Below, one piece after another: positions 1-14,920 of a DNA stretch of 64,000 nt; position 1 is the stretch's first letter; the number at the start of each line of letters is the position of its first letter. The DNA comes from Phoronis australis (Eukaryota > Animalia > Phoronida). Where the stretch lies: positions 804,407-868,406 of the forward strand of contig NMRA01000066.1 in the NCBI GenBank assembly GCA_002633005.1, written 5' to 3'. The position numbers and the translations under genes are program-made. Below the pieces are notes generated by a model that did no database searches, had not been told where the DNA came from, and saw nothing but the letters and a program-made list of their open reading frames with translations.

Positions 1-1802
1 TAACCAAAGTTCTAATGATGACATCCTTTTCTATTTTGTACTATGCAAGAACGACAACCATTGCATACAAGGGGGCCTGGACTTCAAGCTGGCTTTCTAC
101 ATGTATACAGTGTAATTTAATAATGTCAGCTCCCACTTTCCCGAAGATGATCTGCCAAGCTTAAACTAAGAATAGGTCCTGTTTTTTGGTGTTACGCAAT
201 TGTTCACTAACCTCTACAACTTCTGTATAACAGCGCACTCCTAAAAATGACAAAGGTGTGCAGTGTTTTCTACAAAATATACAGATCAGTCGGCAACTTA
301 TGCTTATTTCGTATAGGAAGCAAAATACTGAGGATTATGTGGGAAAGTCTTATTTGAAGCCATTTGAAATTGGTGTCACTAGGCAATGGAGAGTTTATTC
401 AGTAGAAACTTCTCCATTATTCGCCTGAAACCACTGCATTAAGAAAATAGTCTCACTTACTTCAAACGAATTTTTTCATGTAAATAAGTTAAGAACTTAT
501 TATAAGTATTGGTGTGTATTTGCGTATACACTAAGACAGTTATACACTCTGGGCGGTGAGGAAGAATGATTTTGAACGAATCCACATTTTTAAGTAATTT
601 ACGAACAACACACATCACACGAATACCATGAATGGTAGAAATAATCGGTAATGAACAAAAACGTACTCGTAAAACATCAAGTCACCATTAAAATCTAACA
701 GACCATAAACACATACACTGCCCTTGGCATACCAATATTCGTAAAGTGTGAACTTCTTGTTAACCGGAATTTTTAAATTAAACCAAATTTAGTGGTAGGG
801 ACTCATTGCTTTGTTAACCGTGAAAAGCCGGCCAATTGTTCAACATTTCAAAAAAAATCTTTCCAAAACTGATTATGGACTGAGGAAGCTAATAAACGAC
901 GATGGGCTTTACCACGTTCATAACTATAACCAATCTGTTGAAATTAATGTCATTTTAATTTTGATGTTGTGTTAAAACTAATGGATTATAACGGAACAAC
1001 AAGAATTTTAAGTTACAAACATAACGTTAAATCAACGTGACAGTAATTCTTGCATGAAACTAAGAATTCTACGTTGTCTTGGAAACTTAAATTTAACGTT
1101 GTTACTACCTCAAGTAAAACCCGGAATAATGAAATGTTTGGGGATTGAAGGAATGGTCGTCTTGCAGTAATAATCCCCAAAGAACATGTACTTCGCTCGC
1201 TACGTGAAAAATAACCTGTCTTGCTTAGCCGCCATTTTGAATTGCGAAACACATTTCATGTTTTGCTACCTCTAAAGCCTTAGTCAGTAGCAGTAACGCG
1301 ACCTAATTACAGAAACAGGATACATTGCAGTAGCGTGTCCCGACACTTGAATCTATGCTTGAACTGTGCAGACATTGCAAAAAGTTCTCACCTTGGTTTT
1401 CTCTGTTTGCTCCTTGTCGTTCGCCAGTACTGCGGTTGTCTAGTCAAAAGGGAATGACATACATGGAGTGCATTCCGTAGAGGCTAGAGTTCTGCGAAAC
1501 ACCAAGTACACGCAAGATCTCGCGAGATATCGTCGTGTATTACACACAAAGCACGTGATGACACTAGGTTTCTTTGCGAGATTCTTGCGTCTATGGAACT
1601 CGACCCAAAATCATGACCTTGTACTTTGGGTCACTCGGCACAATTCGTAACCGATGATTGTTTACTTAGAATTTAAACAATCCAAATCTATCTTAACCAT
1701 AAAATCTACAGTGCCTGTATCTTGCAGGGAAGTTTATCCGTATCGCAAAGCGTGGAGCACTAACTTACAATGCCGGAACTCATGAATAGTGGCGTGTTCT
1801 AG

Positions 1803-3003
1803 CTGATATGCCGTAAAATGTAACAATATCGTGAAAAGTAACAACTGTTACATTTTACGAAATTGATACATCATTGTTCAAATTACTCTGTTAAACCACT
1901 TTCAATGAAACCTAGTTCAAATCACTTTGTTAAATCACTGACTGTGTTTTTTTAAGAATTCTGGAGCCCGTTCCACATAGTTGCGCGTTTTGTAGTGTCC
2001 ATTACCAGCTACCCTAATGACCCAGTGACTGCAGCCGACTAATCGTTAGTTCTAGGAAAATCTCTGCCTCCAGAGTTCAACTTAACGCAAATTTGAACTT
2101 ACAAATCATCGTGGAACAATCCCATGTTCTTTGACAAGGCATATTTTCAACAAGAGAGAAAACTGATTACACGGTGGGTATCCTCATATTTAGATGAAAG
2201 TCGCGAGTAAAATAGTCCCGTCTGAATCAAGTTCATTGCTTCTCAGCAAACTACAGGTGGATATAGTTATATTTACAAACAATACAGTGTTTGCAGATAG
2301 GTAAGAAGTAAGCAATTTTTTAAAGTTGTTGCACGTCCAAACAAGATTTTAAATCCCAACCTCCTCGTTTCCGAGAAGTAGGCCTACTCTGCATCAACAG
2401 CTATCCAGAAGTGCCTCACAATATCGTTAAGGCTGAACATGGGAACCCCTAGTATTGTAATACTAATGAAAATGATAATAGATAGCCAAATTCATGTCGT
2501 GTCAGCCCGGAGGGCATTCTGTAGAAGAGGTATATACGAAAAGTGCCGACCAAAAGGGTGTTTTTTCACAGAAAAAAATAGTCTCTAAAATGGTGGTATA
2601 TTCAACAAAATTATACAGTATCTCAAAGGTGCCGTTCCTGAATTTCTGGAACAAAAGTGTGCGAAAATGTGAATTTTTACACAAATTAGACTCTAAATGG
2701 GTCACTTTTTGTCCGAGCCCACTCTCTAAACGGGTACCTATTTAAAATTTTCGGGCAGCACCTCTCGTACAAAAATACTCCAGTAACCCCTGGTCGTTCA
2801 GATACCACTTGTTCGTGATTTTGGTCACATTCCTAGTAATATGACGTGGGTTTCGTAAAATGTAACAATGGTACATTTCTCGCATGTGCGTTCGACGTGA
2901 AATGTAACAACTACATAAAATGTAACATTTCAAGAGCAACGTAAAATATAACAATGATGTAAAATGTAACAGTTGTTACATTTTACATTTTTCGGCGTAT
3001 CAG
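1803..3003. mobile_element. Non-autonomous DNA transposon (~1.2 kb) with TIRs and subterminal AAAATGTAACA repeats
   Basis: Left end CTGATATGCCGTAAAATGTAA versus reverse-complemented right end CTGATACGCCGAAAAATGTAA; multiple AAAATGTAACA copies at 1815-1858 and 2857-2990. No clear TSD. Confidence 0.7.
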
Positions 3004-5202
3004 TGCTCTTCAACAATCTCCAGGCGTCAGGGTGAAACCACGGCGACCAGCACATGCGTAGGGCCGGGTACAGTCGAAAAACGAAAAACACAGCCAACCA
3101 AATGCGTCGACTACGAGTGGTGGGGATTGGGCAGGACATACTAAACATACATAAAAACGTACTCTTAATCGCGAAAACTTGATATGCACATATTTTCTGG
3201 AGCAAATTGATTAAGAATTGTGCATTTATCCAGGACACCTCCCTGGCGAGGTATTCTGGAGTCGACCACTTTCTCTTCCGTTTTATTGAAACTGTATTTC
3301 AATACAATGTAAATTGGTTACCAGGTGATAGCACCTGACTCTTGTTTTTTGTTTCCATATTCAGAGGGCCCCTTGATCCATAACCACCCTTTTCCCATTC
3401 GCATAGGGGGTTAATGATGGAATCAATCGATTCTCTTTTTCTGCTGCTTTTGTTAAACTTTGCAACATTTTGTATTAACGAAGGTAAGCTTTTAGGGGTT
3501 CACCCCTCACAAACCAGGTTCTGTCGATTGTGCACCACGTGAAGCATGCGCGCACCCCCCTCCCCTCCCCCGAGCCTCGCACTCCGAGGATGTGCCCTTG
3601 TGAATTACATACAATTTCTAGCAAAACACATGTGAATAGCAACAACATCAAAACGCGCGATTCAAGCAACCACAAATTTAAAGCTGCCTCGATCTGTCAC
3701 GAAAAGGGGGTTATTGGTAGGACAATCGCGCGTGTCAATTAGACAGTCGGGTATTTTTGATGACCGTGTAGGCTTACAGTGTACAAGTCGAACGGATAAA
3801 GGTGTTCAGTAGAATGAACCAGAATTTCTTTTTGGATTCCCCTTCTCCCATGCTCTGCCGGATGTGGTCAAGTTTTTGTGCGCATGCCTTAGGGAATTGC
3901 CTAAAGTTCCATGTAATTAAACACCCACAACCATTTTGCTACTTTACACGCAAAATAAATAAGAACAATACATTAAATACAATAAAATCCAACTACATAA
4001 CAAAAATCTGGAAACAAGATAAATGCTTTCAAACCCTAGTCCAGTCGGCATGGGTTTGGGGCGCTTGCCTTAAAAATATTATTAATTGGAAAGACCTAAA
4101 GACCCAGCCCTCAAGCTACAGGAGCCAACTGAGATTTCAGAAGAAACAAGTGACAGCAATAGTTTGGGTTTCAACTTATAGGTGGAGTCGGGGCTAAGAA
4201 CGGTTCACTTTTTACGTCACATGCGGCGCTACTAGATGAAACCGCAATTGCGGTAACCTTAAACTGGAAATTTTAGCGGTGCTTCGTGCAGTCAATCATC
4301 TTCTTCGGTCCGCCATTTTATCATGTGTAACTCGGCCGTACCAACAAAGCAAAGCGATCCATTCCAAAGTATGAATCAAACCAATGGTTCTCAACACTGT
4401 ACTCATAAAAGAATCACTGTGTGGCAACATCAGGCAACATTATGCGAAAACTTCCTATCCGGGTACGTATAAGTCAGAGCTTGGCACTATTCCTTATTGC
4501 GGTGATATGTTCTTCCAATTAATCAGTGTTTAGTTAAATATCAGTTAAAAAGTTATAAAAAATTCGATAGATTTAGCCCACCTTTGAAACAGATTATTGT
4601 GACCAAAATACGTCACCCAAGATTCGACATTGAACTTTTTTCAGTATTTCTTGTATGATTTAACAAATACTCATTGTGTGCAGTAACTTTCCTAGCGACG
4701 TCATCAAAAGAACAAAATTTGTTTAAAAAGTTACATCAGACCGCAGTACTTTGAATCTATACTGCCTTCATCGAAGGCAAGAAATAAAATGAAATCTGCA
4801 TCAGAGAGGCGCCACCGCACTGCCAAATTATACAAAGAGTGGTCTCAGTATAAGAGTGGTCTAAGTGTTTAAATTCTACGAAATTATCAGAATTTGAAAC
4901 AACGAAGACAAATGTCCATACTTTCTGACAACTTCAGGTAAATGGATGGTACTTCACCACCCTGACACTTGGTACCAGACACATAATGAGAAAGATTCAC
5001 CCGATGTGAAACATGACCTGTGGAGTTATAGTGCAACAAAAACATCGTCAGAGGTGTCTACTAACTGAATTTGTTAAGAAGGGGCACTCTTTTCTAGGAA
5101 AAACATTTGTTAATTCAACCAACCAGTCCATAGCTGTACAGCTATATGAAATCTAGTCAAGTACATCAAACAGATTAGAAACATTGTCGAACCCTATAAA
5201 AG

Positions 5203-5572
5203 CTAGTTGCCAGGCAAAATAGACGACCACCTTGCCTGGAATCTCTCAGAAGCCACTTTACAATTGTAAGAATTTTTTTCCAGGCTGTGGTAATCACATA
5301 CCTCCCGTAAAAATGACTGAAAATTGGGCTCAGCCTTTTGAAGTTTTTGCCTACATAAATGAAATTTCGCTATGCACAGAATTAAATTTACAACTTCCAA
5401 TCTACAGGCTGGGTCTCCAAACAAGGCGGTAGACATATTTAACTGCAGAGGAAAATCGCACTGGTTTATCATCCATGTTTTTTTAAACAGCTCCAAAAAT
5501 TCTGAGCAAGTGAACATTCCCAATACAAATGTAGTATTTTTTCTTCGTGTTGCTCACAGAAAAAACACAAAG
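5203..5572 (-). mobile_element. 3' remnant of an L1/Tx1-type non-LTR retrotransposon ORF2 (frameshifted)
   Basis: The minus strand reads LCFFCEQHEEKILHLYWECSLAQNFW (zf-RVT-like CxxC...H...C motif). After a frameshift in a poly-A run it continues ...VVNLILCIAKFHL...FLREV...LEK...ERFQARW, a typical L1/Tx1 C-terminus. Confidence 0.75.
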
Positions 5573-6546
5573 AACACTAACACAAATTTTCTTTAAGTAA
5601 GAGTGACACTCTTAGTTACAATTAAAACATGAATTGTTCATTAATTAGAAATAGAGGCCTCCAGAACTGTTTCCATCTTGTAGTACCGTCGGTATATCTA
5701 AAAGTGAACAAATCCGAAATGAGCCTATTTGTTTCTGCTCTGCGCCCGACTCTTGCACTAAAGCTGTGAAAAAGAGGAAGTGTACGCACGTGCAACTTAT
5801 TTTCAAACAACTTTTTTCCTCATAAGTACACTCAACACAGTTTTCAATGTATACGTAATACAGTAGCTGGTTAGCTCAGCTATAATGTTTGCGATTTAGA
5901 CGCGTATTAACAATAGTGCTAGCGTGATGGAGAAGAATGCTTCGAAAACAGAACGTTGCTATTACTATTTTTTAACAACAAAATCATAAGTGGCTATATC
6001 CTTTATTAGAGACACAAACAGAGGGCCTCATCTCATTAATTTGGTAAATGCTTAATAATCACCATAATTTATCTCAAATGGTGGCACGAACACTATTTTA
6101 GTATACATCCACTTGTCTTTCTTTACTGTATAACTGACTAGTGCAGAGCAGCGTATCAAAGTGAGTCTGCCAAGTTTTCTGGGATTCTGGTGAGCATCAA
6201 CTACCATGAAAACATTGAACGAAAGCAAGACAAGAAGGCGAAAAAAACACAAAAGCGATGACTAGGGTAGCACACGAAAGCTCTGTTTAACAATGATCCA
6301 ATGCCTTCGGAAAAGTTACATCACGTCTCTGGAAAATGTAGTAAAGCTCTTAGATAAGTCGTTTTTATTTTTTGCAGTTGTTCAAAATCCGTTACGTACT
6401 CCCAGGACAACCATCACCTAAAGACGGTTTCGAAATATAAAGTATTCCTGCTACTTTCTCAACCTCTCGGTGGATTGAAACGATAGAATTGGATTTTCAA
6501 GTGTCTTCTTCACCGTGACCTGAAAACTGTTGCCTTCAAACCGCAG

Positions 6547-9500
6547 TTACACATCTGATTGGCTCTTATTCGCATCGACACCAAGTCCGTCGCGCTCATG
6601 CGGATTTTTGTTGACTTCCGAATACGGAGGAGGTACGTTCGCTTGGTGAATATGCTGCGGTTGCTGTTGATACGAAGTACAGTTACTGCTTTGAACAATA
6701 TGTTGCTGTGAAGGATATATTGGGGACCCTGAGAAAGGTTGTTGAACGGCGACAGCTGAAATGAGACAATGTGTAAAAAACAGAAGCTATCCCAATAGAA
6801 AGGATTACAAACCCGATTTTGGCCTATTACCACATATTAAAAACAGCTTTCCCATCGAGTTATAAGAAACAAAATAATGTTACGTAACCCTTGACTATCC
6901 TCAAAAGTTTGGAGCAAAGTTTGAAGACTAAATCAATAAAACGGGAAATTGTGACTTACACGTTACGTCAGTTAGAAAAAACACTCGCCAAGAACCAAAA
7001 TATAAAATCTATGAGACTGAAAGTACACTGTATATGTTTTAACTTGAATCTTTCTTTAATGACTCACGTGAGACGCCAGTGATACCTTAACAGGTGGGGG
7101 AGCTACATACAGAACTGGTTGAAAACACAATAACGGGATTAGTATCCCTTTAAAAAACACTTTTGCTGTGCTCCGCTTTTTGCTTTCTAAACTTTTTATT
7201 CAGCATACTAGGTACGGTACAGATCAGACAAATGTAGTGTCCTCACGACTATAAAAAACTTTTTGTTTAATCATGCAAGGATCAGTTAGGGTCAACTCAC
7301 AGTGATGATATGTACATGTACAAAGGCTTTGAATCTTTCATAACAAACAGCGTCCTAAAAATTCCTCGTACTTCATTTTGTTTATGTATATATACATGTA
7401 CCTCTCAGTGGAAATGTGTAATGCAATTTCGTGTTCACACAGTGCAAGTCATACATCTTGACAAGTCAACCTTGATAATTATGTTTTTTGCCAAGGCAAT
7501 ATTTGTTGCCAATACATGTGTACATGGAATGAAACGGTATAAAACTACATAAACACTCATCAACGTAACTGTGGCCAGTTTCTCTTACCAAATCACATGT
7601 GATACAAGTTTTAACCCGCAGCACTATCCGAAACACAAGCACACAAGGGGTTTATCTACACATAATGCACACAAAGGGCAATCATGATTGTTGCCAAATT
7701 TTCATAGCATAAGAACCAACATGATGCGTGCTACAGAGTGAGTCCAAGCCAAGGTCAAGTGAAGTCTCAGTCGTTCAGATTATACACAGAGTGAGAACAT
7801 GACAAGAATGCTATACAAAGCGGTTGGATAATCGCATGTTGATTTTCCTACGCTGCTGCCGAGCCGATGAATTATAAAACTGAGAACCAAGTGAAGCCTC
7901 GCACTCTCAGCAAGTAGTCTCATCCGTCACAATAGAAGAAAGAGAGGAGACTCCAGAAATAATGAGCCACGGGTAAATGACCCAACAAAACGTACAAACA
8001 TGACGGTACACAAATACAGGTATACCGGAAGTAAACAAGAGTGACTAAACTCAGAAGTTTACACTACACTGAGGTAGACTTTTTTCCTCTTAACGCGTCT
8101 TAGTTCAGTGCAGTCTCATGCTGTACAAAACCGCGCATTCCATGTCGTTACCTGTCCCGTATGAGGCGACTTTAGTCCCCTGGCGTATAGAACCATTAGA
8201 TGACGCCGAACCACGGGCATGGCAGAGGCAAACTGGAACTCCGATCAACAGTCCGAGAAATATGAACCCACCACACGTAATTCCGAAAACAGCACCAATG
8301 GAGAGGTAGGCTGAAACTAGTAAAAGCGTTTTGTAAACAAATCAAAACTTTTCATCAACTAAATCTAAGAGACACTTGACCGTCTGCAACATTAAACGTG
8401 TTTCTTTTATGTAATAGGACTGGCATGCGCGCCTTGTTATGCATATATTCACGTTCGAGCTTCGAGACTATCTTTTGCGCTACATGTCACGCTATTGAAA
8501 TTGCATACCTGGCGTTTTCATAAAATACAGGCAATCTTGATGAATACAGATCGTTTTATTACGTGAAGTGCTGGCAAAACAGGCTTAGGCCTAGGTGTAT
8601 ATCGGATATCACTTGGGCCACGTTCCAAAGAGGAATTCACGCAAATCCTCGCGAGACGTCGCCTTGCGTTACAAGTGAAGTGCGTGATCACACTTGCTTC
8701 ACTCGGGGTCCTGCGTCTACAAGACGCAGTAACAGACTGCATTCCTGGGGTCTTGTTTCGAGAGTTTGTCAAGATATCGTTCACGTAAAGCACGTACGTG
8801 ACCTAACTGGCTTTCCCTCGTTAGTAGATGTACATGTATCTTGCGGAACGAGCCCCTACATGTATGCTGCTCTAGTTTAAAATCAAGATTGTAATGTAGT
8901 CGAATACGTACCACCGTTGTAAGTGATTTTCAGGTCAACATCGTATCCATTCCTGCAGGCGGTGTCATCGTAACAGGCTGACCGGTCCAATATGATATAG
9001 ACATAAGGCTGTGACGTGTAGAATACCGAGGTGTCACTGATACTGTCCAGCATCAGAACGCTCTAAAAAGATGAAAAACAAAGGTTAATCGGCCTGCTAA
9101 CTGCTACTCAAAACTTTGATGAAGAGATAATCGGTATCGTCAATAAACTGAGGTTCCCACCCGACCAACGGCTTTTCCGGTGCCAGGTGCTCTTGCCGGA
9201 CAGTCATAACGAAAATGTTAAGAAATGTCTATTAAGATTATATATATAGCTTGGCAAAACGCATTTCTTGAAAACATTGAATAAATAATCTAGCAAGAAA
9301 ACGAACACTTTCGTCAGTGCCAAAATGCAGTTGGCGCGTCGCCCAGAATATGAGGCCATAGCGTATTATTCCAGATAATACGGTAATTCAACGAGCCGTA
9401 AGCACCGCCTGACTTGCAGTGCAACCTGTTAGCGGGAAAACTTCAGGTCGATTGGGTACCTTTCCCATCCCTACCGTACAAACAATTGGGTCAAATCACG

Positions 9501-11039
9501 TGATCTAATTCATTAATTAAGTTGAATTTCCTGAAATGCATCGTACATTGTGTACAAATGATATTCTTACCATTATATCAGTGTAGCGATACATGTATGA
9601 CCCGTCAACAATTGTAACTTTGACGCCATTGTTGTCAAAATTTGCTGTCATGACTTCTATTTTCAACGTTATATCACTATACGGGAGCCCGGTGTCTGAA
9701 ATGTAACAGGGGTGGATAATATCTACATGTACCCAAAAAATCGCTTCAGATGGTTTAATTGGTGACATTCGAAACCAGTAAAACTTTTTTAAAATAATTA
9801 TTGACCCGAGCTTTCGTTAATATACCCGTCAGTACATACGATTTGTGTTCAGAATTTACCGCATTGTGTGTGCATGCACAATGTGATAACACGTACCTGC
9901 ATGCAATTTTATTGAACAGAGACTACGAGGAGATTTTTCTTCAGTGTTTGATCGTCCCATGAAGACATGCACGGTTTCCCAGTCCTCAACCTTGTAGTTG
10001 TTCGTATCTACTTGACATTCCCAAATCGAATCGAGATTATCTGTAAAAGATCTACCGGTATATGTTATTGTAACAATTTGACTTTTGTTTAGCGCTTGTA
10101 TTACAGCGTATTCACACTTTGGCAAACGGTGACTATACAGCTTTGGTGTAACAGGGCTGGGCCTCTATAATTATGCAAAATATTACTTTAAATTCTACTT
10201 AAAGACCTTATCTCAAGGGGTTAATAAGGTTCAAATACTCGCAAATATATATCAAATTAAAACTCGTGTACCATGCTGTATTGCTTTTCTTTTTCTGATT
10301 TCAAACTACAACCTTTTTTAACCCCGCCCAAAATCCACGCAACGTCTCACCATTCATTGTTATACCATAAATCGCGGGAAAACGACCGGCATGATGACTT
10401 TTCACAGTAACACAATGGAGTGAATGGCTGTCTAGAGTTTACCTATTATCGATCCACCAGTAAATGATCGTAACTCGAAATCAGCTAATTAAAATATCTT
10501 CAGACTGTGTTAGCGATTGTTTTAATTTGATTTTTGAAGTTGTTTAGGGTTATTCAATAGGGAATTGGCGGTACTTTGATGCCTCAAAATTGAAAACGCC
10601 AATTTCACTTGAGGCAAAGGAGGTCTCGATTTTCAAAAGTCTAATCTGCAGTCTATGATGCTTTTCAGCAAAGTAGAATAGAATTTGCCAGTTTCCTACA
10701 ACAAAAAACAGATTTCTGGGAATTACCGTGATCTCCGTGAAAATTATGATTTTGTAGCAAAATGTAGTCAAGTGATCACCTGAGCGTTATTTTCGCAGTA
10801 AGATTCTGTCATAATTAAAAACTTTTAATATACAGTGGTTTACGAGATACGTCTAATACCTAAAACGATATTTCAGAAAGCGTATCTATGGTAACGAACA
10901 ACGCCAATTACTTTAACAACCCATAAGCAAGCATCATGTATTTCATTGAATGTAACCACGAGCATTTCGGCTACTCACAGTCCCATCCATGGACTGCTGT
11001 GATCAGCGATATCAGGACCGTGAAGACAAGGGGCTTCAT
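6547..11039 (-). CDS. Uncharacterised single-pass type I membrane protein, paralog 1 (signal peptide, divergent CUB-like ectodomain, TM helix, PPxY tail); ~282 aa, 6 exons
   Basis: Exons on minus strand: 10979-11039 (MKPLVFTVLISLITAVHGWD, signal peptide), 9897-10040 (YNLDSIWEC...LCSIKLHA), 9571-9695 (...ITLKIEV...VTIVDGS...), 8912-9062 (...YTSQPYVYIILDRSACYDDTACRNGYDVDLKITY), 8152-8310 (TM: LSIGAVFGITCGGFIFLGLLIGVPVCLC), 6547-6755 (...NVPPPYSEV...DV*). All introns are GT-AG with compatible phases (1,1,0,1,1); 849 nt open frame; structure mirrored by the paralog at 15650-23130. Confidence 0.85.
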
Positions 11040-14000
11040 CGCAGATTACCAAAGTCTTGTGACGATCTCCTGCAAAGGACGACGTATGAGAAGACTTAAC
11101 TTCACCGAGCTAGCTAGCCTAATTTCGAAAACTATTGCGACTATAATCACTCATTCGCCAAATTCAGCAAAACTGGATTAAAACTGGAAATGAGCTGTGC
11201 TCCTGTCATTCACTTTCTTCACAGTGCTGACTTTTTGTCTGTGTACATGTACGTGAATAGAACAAGGATATGATTATCTGATTATCCAAAGATCTGCACG
11301 ACCTTGTCTCGTCGCCGGACCTACCGTGAAATCGTTGATGCCAATCCTAGCGTTACACATGTAGCTGGGCAGCCGTAGTGCGCAATTTGATTACCCGCAA
11401 TGAACAGGCATATCTTCGATGACTTCAGCTACACGTATTCCTTCTTTCCTACGTGTCAACCCAATTCTTAGTGAAAGATTGGCCTTTTTAGACGTCATTT
11501 AGTATTTCCTCTAATACGCGTAACATCACACATTGTAGTGGACAGATCGCCTTATTATGTACACACATTCAGAAATTTAACCTTAGAACGCTGCACAACT
11601 TTAGATCGTCGAAGTGTGATGTGCCAACATAGCTTACCTATAGCCTGCTCCGAAAAGACAAACTTCTAACGTCCCAACAAATTCAACTGGCAAGCCTACA
11701 TGTTGTTATCTCGACTTATCTTTTTCTAGGATAGGTCATGATGAAATTCAAGTAGTACACCAGGTTTGTACGTGTGCCCTTTGGCGCGCCAGATGATTAA
11801 AAGTGTGCCTTTTTCAAAACCTTGTGTCTAGCAGTAATCAAAGTGACAATATATGAAACACAAACCCAGAGGGCAATCAAAATAAGCACAGAGTCATATT
11901 TTACCAGACTCGCTGTATTTTGACTAAAATCTTGCATTTTTGGAAGAGTGTTGCCCAGTGGGCGCACTTCTGCAATGTACTTGTGTCTTTTTATTTTTAT
12001 GCACTAATGGCGCAAATGCGCAGCCCTGGAATATCCCTGCCGTTACACAGTTGTTCACTAACAAATCCCTGTTGATTTCGGTAATTTTAGCTTGCTACTG
12101 ACTGCGCAGCCGCGGAGTCTTCTTCGCAGTGACAAATGCATGCGACAAGACATCCTTCATCCGTGGACATTTCAAGCGCATGTTTGTCTTTATCAGTAAG
12201 CCATCAGTGCACCTCACCGCGCGGCGTCATTCCGCTTAGTCCTGCGTAATCCCACGTCGCATGTCACAAACTGTACAAATTGTAATTGGTGCTTTTTGGA
12301 CTTCCGATAACAAAGCATCTTTACTAATAATGTCCCACATTGTGGAAACATTTCTCCTTTACAGAAATCACTGGTTGCAAAACCTCTTCACCCTGATCTC
12401 TGCTCCTGCCTGAAAAGTGGACATTATGGGAACATAGGTTCATGAAATGGTGTGATTGCTCGGTAAAAGACATATCTTTAATGCCGAATGTCTTTAATCA
12501 AAGTTATCAATAAAAAGTGCAATAAATTCGCGAGCGTCCAAGGAGCCAACGTTTAATTTCGATCACTTACCGATCTAACTTTGGTCTCAACTTGGTCTTT
12601 TTTGGGCGGGGGATTACTTGTGGGTATGCAAAGAACTTACAGTTCCTTATCCCTTAAGACCGTGCAGGCACATTAAAATGCCACGATGTGACAAACCAAC
12701 TTTCAGAGGCTGTACTCAGCAAAAACGAAATGCCTGTTATTAGAAAGCCCTGAGATAAATCACATCGAATTGGACTTTTGCAATTTTTGATTCAGTTTAA
12801 TGACAGAGACAGGTCTGAATCAAAAGCTGAATCTGATGGTTGTAGCTGTTTTAATTGTAAAAAGACTAAGATCATACTTGACTAAAATCATACTTGCCAT
12901 CTAATGCGTCTATTTCGAAAACAACTGCAATGCATTTCTCCTATCCAAACACCGGGCCCTAGGGTTTGGTCAAACTTGTGAATATTGTTCTATTGAGTTG
13001 TTATTGTTGCAATGCGTCGATTTTGTTGTTGTTAATGTTATCATTGCATAACTGTTAAACAGCGAAGACTTGAGTGCTGGAGAGAGTGTTTAATTAAATA
13101 TCAGTTATACATTTTAAATCGAAACGATTCACAATTGTTTAAGTCGGGTCTAAAAAACTGAGAGGAAAAGTTAGGTTTCGACGATTATCTTGAAGACCCA
13201 AGGAAATTGCAATAAGACTGAATTACAGAGGAGGCATAAAACGATTGACTGCCGACAGCTGCGAGTGACAGGATCCTCCAAAATGTCCGTCTGCTTCTAC
13301 AGTTGTCAATAAAGGCAGTTAAGTAGGCAAGTGTCGCACCTATGCTTGATTTTCAAATGTAAAGAAAACCCATGGCCAATGCAATGAACTTGTGATCGGA
13401 ATTACACCATTTGGCAATGAAAGCCTCGTTGACCCTTGCCGCTCAGTTCTGGTCTGCTTTCCATACTTTAAGTTCTTTTCGAGAAATCTAGGTAACACAT
13501 GTCCTAGCGAGATATCGCAATACCGTGTACATTACGAGCACTTGCTCTCGTGTAACTTGCGACGCTCGTCCTTGGAACTAGACTCGCTGCAGGCGTTCAA
13601 GCTTTCCCTGTTGTAGTCTATTTGAAGCTGAGTAATACAAGCATTTTCAAACAACCAGCGACTGAGGGACGGACTAGCAAGCATAAAATATTGAATAGGA
13701 TCGAATAAAGGGCCATATCGAATAAATCCAACATATTTACACCATTTCTTTGTATCCAAACTTGATATTGTGAATTTCACACTGAACGTTGGCGTGTTTC
13801 AGTTTCCTAAAAGTGTTATATAAATCTGTTTCTAATCTCAGAAATAATTCGTAACTCAAGAATTACCATTGATGAAAATGTGACTTACGACACCACGTCA
13901 ACTGTTGAACTTTATACACAGCTGGTTTCTTATTTGTTCATGAGAAAAACCCTACGCTAACATTTGGGCTTTGTTACACCAACGCCTCAACGAGTCTAAG

Positions 14001-14611
14001 CCAGACTGTGACCAACTCATCATAGTCGATTCACAAATTATGTTCGTTGCTTCTAGTAGTCGCGATTCTCAAGAAAGTACGTTCTCTTTTTCAGAATGCT
14101 TCGATTTTAAAAATTCAAAGGCTGCTGATGTTTACTTTTCAATTTTAAACTAGCCACGTTCGTCTTTTGCTAACTCGTACGCTAAACGGGCGTGTTGGTT
14201 TACTACCACAATTATCTCATACATCACGTTCAGCTAAGTCCATGAACAGCGAGTAGCTTCCTTCAATCAGAGATGGCGTTATCAATCCTTCGATATGCCG
14301 CCGAGGACTTCGCTGGTTACTCTAGGGTGAACGGTGCACGCTTTGTCGTCCACGAGCGTGCAAATCTTGTTAGCGTAAGATTTGCCTAACGTTCTGGGCG
14401 AGTTAACGGTGTCGTAGAATCATTCCAACACACGTAATGAGAGCGAAGTCACGTGCTTGGAGTGTAATTGATCGGTCCTGTTATACAGCCGGCTAAAAGC
14501 ATCAAATTTTGAATTGATGGCAAAGACGAGTTAGATGCAGCTCTAAGTACCGACCACCCTTTGAAACTGAGGCGGTTACCAAGTTGAAATGTGCATAATT
14601 GCTACACTGAA

Positions 14612-14920
14612 CAGTGGCGGATTTAGGGGGGCCATGCGCACCCCCCCCCCCCTAAAATTCTACCAGATACCATTTGGCAGTTCGGGATGAGAATAGCTGA
14701 CTAGCATATGCGCGCACCCAGGGGGCTCGGGGGGCGAATGCACTATGCATAGGCCTTGAACAAACCCTGTTTAACGTTTTTTTTTTAATTATAAGGTCCA
14801 CAAACACAAAAATTCGAGACCCCTGCATTACTACATTTTAGGCTGGGCGCGCGCGTTTGACGAAATTATGGTTGTTCCTGTACCATGGCCCCCTAACTAA
14901 AAATCCTGGATCCGCCCCTG
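14612..14920. mobile_element. hAT-like MITE with CAGTGGCGGAT...ATCCGCCCCTG termini
   Basis: TIR CAGTGGCGGATTTAGG versus CAGGGGCGGATCCAGG (reverse complement). Related fragments occur at ~22817-22941, ~3546-3576 and ~56991-57050. No 8-bp TSD is preserved. Confidence 0.7.
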
